The notes under the pieces were generated by a model, which saw only the letters and a list, made by a program, of their open reading frames with translations, did not search any database and had not been told where the DNA came from. Positions 59,661 to 64,000 of a stretch of DNA of 64,000 nucleotides are shown here, piece after piece; position 1 is the first letter of the stretch, and each line of letters starts with the position of its first letter. The DNA lies in assembly GCA_964016885.1 (NCBI GenBank), contig OZ024743.1, positions 143,344,001 through 143,408,000 of the forward strand, written 5' to 3'. The translations under genes and the position numbers were made by a program. The stretch comes from Eledone cirrhosa (lineage: Eukaryota).

Positions 59661-62600
59661 TTTGTGTTTGGTGCTGGGTGCTTTGTGTTTGGTGTTTGCT
59701 GCTTGGTGTTTAATGCTTGGTGCTTGGTGCTTGGTGTTTTGTGTTTGGTGCTTGGTGCTTGGTGTTTGGTGCTTGGTGTTTGTACTTGGTGCTTGGTGCT
59801 TGGTGTTTGTTTCTTGGTTCTTGGTGTTTGGTGTTTGGCGTTTGGTGTTTGGTGCTTGGTGCTTGGTGTTTGGTGCTTGGTGCTTGGTGTTTGGTGCCTG
59901 GTGCTTGGTGCTTGGTGCTTGGTATTTGGTGTTTGGTGCTTGGTGCTTGGTGCTTGGAGTTTGGTGTTTGATGCTTGGTGCTTGGTGCTTGGTGTTTTGT
60001 GTTTGGTGCTGGGTGCTTTGTGTTTGGTGTTTGCTGCTTGGTGTTTAATGCTTGGTGCTTGGTGCTTGGTGTTTGGTGCTTGGTGTTTGGTGCTTGGTGT
60101 TTGGTGTTTGGTGCTAGGGGCTTGGTGCTTGGTCTTTGGTGCTTGGTGCATGGTGTTTGGTGTTTGGTGCTTGGTGCTGGGTGGTTGGTGTTTGGTGCTT
60201 GGTGCTGGGTGCTTGGTGTTTGGTGCTTGGTGCTTGGTCTTTGGTGCTTGGTGTTTGGTGTTTGGTGCTTGGTGCTTGGTGCTTGGTGCTTGGTGCTTAG
60301 TGTTTGGTGCTAGGTGCTTGGGGTTTGGTGTTTGGTGCTTGGTGCTTGGTGTTTGGTGCTTGGTGCTTGGTGTTTGGTGCTTGGTGCTTGGTGTTTGCTG
60401 TTTGCTGTTTGCTGTTTGGTGTTTGTTGTTTGGTGTTTGTTGTTTGGTGTTTGCTGTTTGATGTTTGGTGTTTGATGTTTGCTGTTTGGTGTCTGCTTTT
60501 TGGTGTTTGGTGTTTGCTGTATGTTGTTTGCTGTTTGGTGTTTGGTGTTTGGTGTTTGGTGCTTGGTGCTTTGCGTTTGGTGCTTGGTGCTTGGTGTTTG
60601 GTGCCTGGTGCTTGGTGTTTGGTGTTTGGTGCTTGGAGTTTTGTGTTTGGTGCTTGGTGCTTGGTGTTTGTACTTGGTGCTTGGTGCTTGGTGTTTGGTT
60701 CTTGGTGTTTGGTACTTGGTGCTTGGTCCTTGGTGTTTGGTGCTGGGTGCTTTGTGTTTGGTGCTTGGTGCTTGGTGTTTGGTGTTTGCTGCTTGGTGTT
60801 TGATGCTTGGTGCTTGGTGCTTGGTGTTTTGTGTTTGGTGCTTGGTGCTTGGTGTTTGGTGCTTGGTGCTTGGTGCTTGGTGTTTGGTACTTGGTGCTTG
60901 GTGCTTGGTGTTTGGTGTTTGGTGCTTGGTGTTTGGTGTTTGGTGCTTGGTGCTTGGTGTTAGGTGTTTGGTGCTTGGTGCTTGGTGCTTGGTGCTTGGT
61001 GCTTGGTGTTTGGTGCTTGGTTTTTGGAGCTTAGTTTCTGGTGCTTGGTGTTTGGTGCTTGGTGCTTGGTGTTTGGTGCTTGGTGTTTGGTGCTTGGTGC
61101 TTGGTGTTAGGTGTTTGGTGCTTGGTGTTTGATCCTTGGTGCTTGGTGTTTGGTGTTTGGTGCTTGGTGTTTGGTGTTTGGTGCTTGGTGTTTGGTGTTT
61201 GGTGCTTGGTGTTTGGTGTTTGGTGTTATATGCTTGGTGTTTGATGCTTGGTGCTTGGTGCTTCGTGTTTGGTGCTTGGTGTTTGATGCTTGGTGCTTGG
61301 TGCTTGGTGTTTGGTGCTTGGTGCTTGGTGTTTGTACTTGGTGCTTGGTGCTTGGTTCTTGGTGTTTGGTGCTTGGTGCTTGGTGTTTGGTGTTTGGTGC
61401 TTGGTGTTTGGTGTTTGGTGCTTGGTGCTTGGTGCTTGGTGCTTAGTGCTTGGTGTTTGGTGCTTGGTGTTAGGTGTTTGGTGCTTGGTGCTTGGTGTTT
61501 GGTGTTTGGTGCTTGGTGTTTGGTGTTAGGTGTTTGGTGCTTGGTGTTTGGTGTTTGGTGCTTGGTGTTTGGTGCTTGGTGTTTGGTGTTTGGTGCTTGG
61601 TGTTTGGTGCTTGTTACTTGGTGCTTGGTGTTAGGTGTTTGGTGCTTGGTGCTTGGTGTGTGGTTTTTGGTGCTTGGTGCTTGGTGTTTGGTGTTTGGTG
61701 CTTGGTGCTTGGTGTTTGGTGTTTGGTGCTTGGTGTTTGGTGTTTGGTGTTATATGCTTGGTGTTTGATGCTTGGTGCTTGGTGCTTGGTGCTTGGTGCT
61801 TGGTGTTTGGTGCTTGGTGTTTGGTGCTTGGTGTTTGGTGTTTGGTGCTAGGTGCTTGGTGCTTGGTGTTTGGTGCTTGGTCCTTGGTGCTTGGTGTTTT
61901 GTGCTTGGTGTTTGGTGCTTGGTGCTGGGTGGTTGGTGTTTAGTGCTTGGTGTTTGGTGCTGGGTGCTTAGTGTTTGGTGCTTGGTGCTTGGTCTTTGGT
62001 GCTTGGTGTTTGGTGTTTGGTGCTTGGTGCTTGGTGCTTGGTGTTTGGTGCTTGGTGTTTGGTGTTTGGTGCTTAGTGTTTGGTGCTTGGTGCTTAGTGT
62101 TTGGTGCTAGGTGCTTGGTGTTTGGTGCTTGGTGCTTGGTGCCTGGTGCTTGGTGTTTGGTGTTTGGTGTTTGGTGCTTGGTGCTTGGTGTTTGGTGTTT
62201 GCTGTTTGCTGTTTGGTGTTTGTTGTTTGGTGTTTGTTGTTTGGTGTTTGCTGTTTGGTGTTTGGTGTTTGCTTTTTTGGTGTTTGGTGTTTGCTGTATG
62301 TTGTTTGCTGTTTGGTGTTTGGTGTTTGGTGTTTGGTGCTTGGTGCTTGGTGTTTGGTTCTTGGTGCTTGGTGTTTGGTGCCTGCTGCTTGGTGTTTGGT
62401 GTTTGGAGTTTGGTGTTTGGTGCTTGGTGCTTGGTGTTTTGTGTTTCGTGTTTGGTTTTTGGTGCTTGGTGCTTGGTGCTTGGTCCTTGGTGTTTGGTGC
62501 TGGGTGCTTTGTGTTTGGTGCTTGGTGCTTGGTGCTTGGTGTTTGGTGTTTGCTGCTTGGTGTTTAATGCTTGGTGCTTGGTGCTTGGTGTTTTGTGTTT

Positions 62601-64000
62601 GGTGCTTGGTGCTTGGTGTTTGGTGCTTGGTGTTTGTACTTGGTGCTTGGTGCTTGGTGTTTGTTTCTTGGTTCTTGGTATTTGGTGTTTGGCATTTGGT
62701 GTTTGGTGCTTGGTGCTTGGTGTTTGGTGCTTGGTGCTTGGTGTTTGGTGCCTGGTGCTTGGTGCTTGGTGCTTGGTGTTTGGTGTTTGGTGCTTGGTGC
62801 TTGGTGCTTGGAGTTTGGTGTTTGGTGCTTGGTGCTTGGTGTTTTGTGTTTGGTGTTTGGTTTTTGGTGCTTGGTCCTTGGTGTTTGGTGCTGGGTGCTT
62901 TGTGTTTGGTGCTTGGTGCTTGGTGTTTGGTGTTTGCTGCTTGGTGTTTGATGCTTGGTGCTCGGTGCTTGGTGTTTTGTGTTTGGTGCTTGGTTCTTGG
63001 TGTTTGGTGCTTGGTGCTTGGTGTTTGTACTTGGTGCTTGGTGCTTGGTGCTTGGTGTTTGTACTTGGTGCTTGGTGCTTGGTGTTTGGTTCTTGGTTCT
63101 TGGTGTTTGGTACTTGGTGCTTGGTACTTGGTGCTTGATGTTTGGTGTTTGGTGCTTGGTGTTTGGTGCTTGGTGCTTGGTGTTTGGTGCTTGGTGTTTG
63201 GTGTTTGGTGTTTGGTGTTTGGTGTCTGCTTTTTGGTGTTTAGTGTTTGCTGTATGGTGTTTGGTGTTTGCTGTTTGGTGTTTGGTCTTTGGTGCTTGGT
63301 GTTTGGTGCTTGGTGCTTGGTGTTTGGTGTCTGGTGCTTGGTGTTTGGTGTCTGGTGCTTGGTGCTTGGTGCTTGGTGTTTGGTGTTTGGTGTTTGGTGC
63401 TTGGTGTCTTGTGCTTGGTGTTTGGTGTTTGGTGCTTGGTGTTTGGTGTTTGGTGCATGGTGTTTGGTGTTTGGTGTTTGGTGCTTGGTGCTTGGTGTTT
63501 GTTGTTTGGTGTTTGGTGCTTGGTGTCTGGTGCTTGGTGTTTGGTGCTTGGTGTTTGGTGTTTGGTGTTTGGTGCTTGGTGCTTGGTGCTTGGTGCTTGG
63601 TGTTTGGTGTTTGGTGCTTGGTGCTTGGTGTTTGGTGCTTGGTGCTGGGTGGTTGGTGTTTGGTGCTTGGTGTTTGGTGCTGGGTGCTTGGTGCTGGGTG
63701 CTTGGTGTTTGGTGCTTGGTGCTTGGTCTTTGGTGCTTGGTGTTTGGTGTTTGGTGCTTGGTGCTTGGTGTTTGGTGCTTGGTGCTTGGTGTGTGGTGCT
63801 TGGTTCTTAGTGTTTGGTGCTAGGTGCTTGGTGTTTGGTGCTTGGTGCTTGGTGTTTGGTGCTTGGTGCTTGGTGTTTGGTGTTTGGTGTTTGGTGCTTG
63901 GTGGTTGGTGTTTGGTGTTTGCTGTTTGCTGTTTGGTGTTTGTTCTTTGGTGTTTGTTGTTTGGTGTTTGCTGTTTGGTGTTTGGTGTTTGCTTTTTGGT
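52922..64000 (+). repeat. Near-identical tandem duplication, period 7,137 bp (copy 1 ~52922-60058, copy 2 from ~60059, truncated by the window end)
   Basis: ORF offset 7137 from 53167/60304 to 56110/63247. TAGGGGC at 52978/60115 and TTGGAGC at 53887/61024. The last 10 bases match 56854-56863. Confidence 0.95.

Larger units (their letters stand above)
1..64000 (+). repeat. Tandem heptamer satellite (TTGGTGY)n, about 9,100 monomers, extending beyond both window ends
   Basis: Every line parses into TTGGTGC/TTGGTGT or 1-3 nt variants (TAGGTGY, TTGATGC, TTGGTAC, TTGCTGY, TTGGTGA, TTGGTTT). No unique sequence and no strand inversion seen. Confidence 0.99.

Noticed and set aside
59081-60151. Minus-strand ATG-initiated KHQAPST-repeat ORFs resembling mucin-like or low-complexity proteins
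   Set aside because: The ATGs come from point variants of the monomer. There is no unique domain, regulatory context or codon-position bias in the variation.
105-63823. Hundreds of + strand ORFs (up to 713 aa, e.g. 7938-10079 and 49332-51374) resembling hydrophobic membrane proteins
   Set aside because: They are translations of a stop-free 7-mer, overlap in all three frames with the same heptad, start at TTG/GTG inside the repeat, and are broken by inherited 6-mer and 8-mer frameshifts.
1-64000. CRISPR array or other repeat-spacer system built from the landmark cassettes
   Set aside because: The intervening DNA is the same satellite rather than unique spacers, spacing is kilobases and irregular, and there are no cas genes or leader.
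1-64000. Active telomerase-synthesised telomere tract
   Set aside because: Many kinds of variants are inherited in multi-kb duplicated patterns, which points to recombination or replication-based amplification rather than templated addition.
1-64000. Bacterial heptamer repeats (cyanobacterial STRR-type, or short heptamer runs beside four-helix-bundle genes)
   Set aside because: Those are short tracts between or within genes. A gene-free array of at least 64 kb does not fit, and only the unit length and partial motif are similar.
1-64000. Fungal RIP signature (TG>TA variants TTAGTG, TTGGTA)
   Set aside because: These variants are a small minority and most TG/CA sites are intact despite massive repetition.
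1-64000. Pure sequencing artefact or synthetic low-complexity sequence
   Set aside because: Rare variants recur in conserved order across paralogues with graded divergence, which random error would not produce. Individual near-identical duplications still need read-level confirmation.

Overview
All 64 kb is one uninterrupted, single-orientation heptamer satellite with consensus TTGGTGY (TTGGTGC/TTGGTGT; reverse strand RCACCAA), about 9,100 monomers, open at both window edges. I see no genes, RNAs, transposons or CRISPR array. Every listed ORF is a by-product of a 7-mer that has no stop codon on either strand (LVLGAWC on +, KHQAPST on -). The informative structure is higher-order. Rare variant monomers act as barcodes and reveal nested tandem and dispersed duplications with offsets of about 1.5, 3.3, 3.9, 5.3, 5.8, 7.1, 7.9, 10.1 and 10.7 kb. 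They also reveal about 25 islands of roughly 100-170 bp where position-7 C disappears and TTGCTGT/TTGTTGT take over, and variant sets confined to left, middle and right domains. This is most consistent with eukaryotic heterochromatic satellite DNA (centromeric, pericentromeric or subtelomeric). I cannot identify the organism or repeat family from the sequence. Coordinates were read by eye and from ORF-track offsets, so breakpoints are accurate only to a few monomers.
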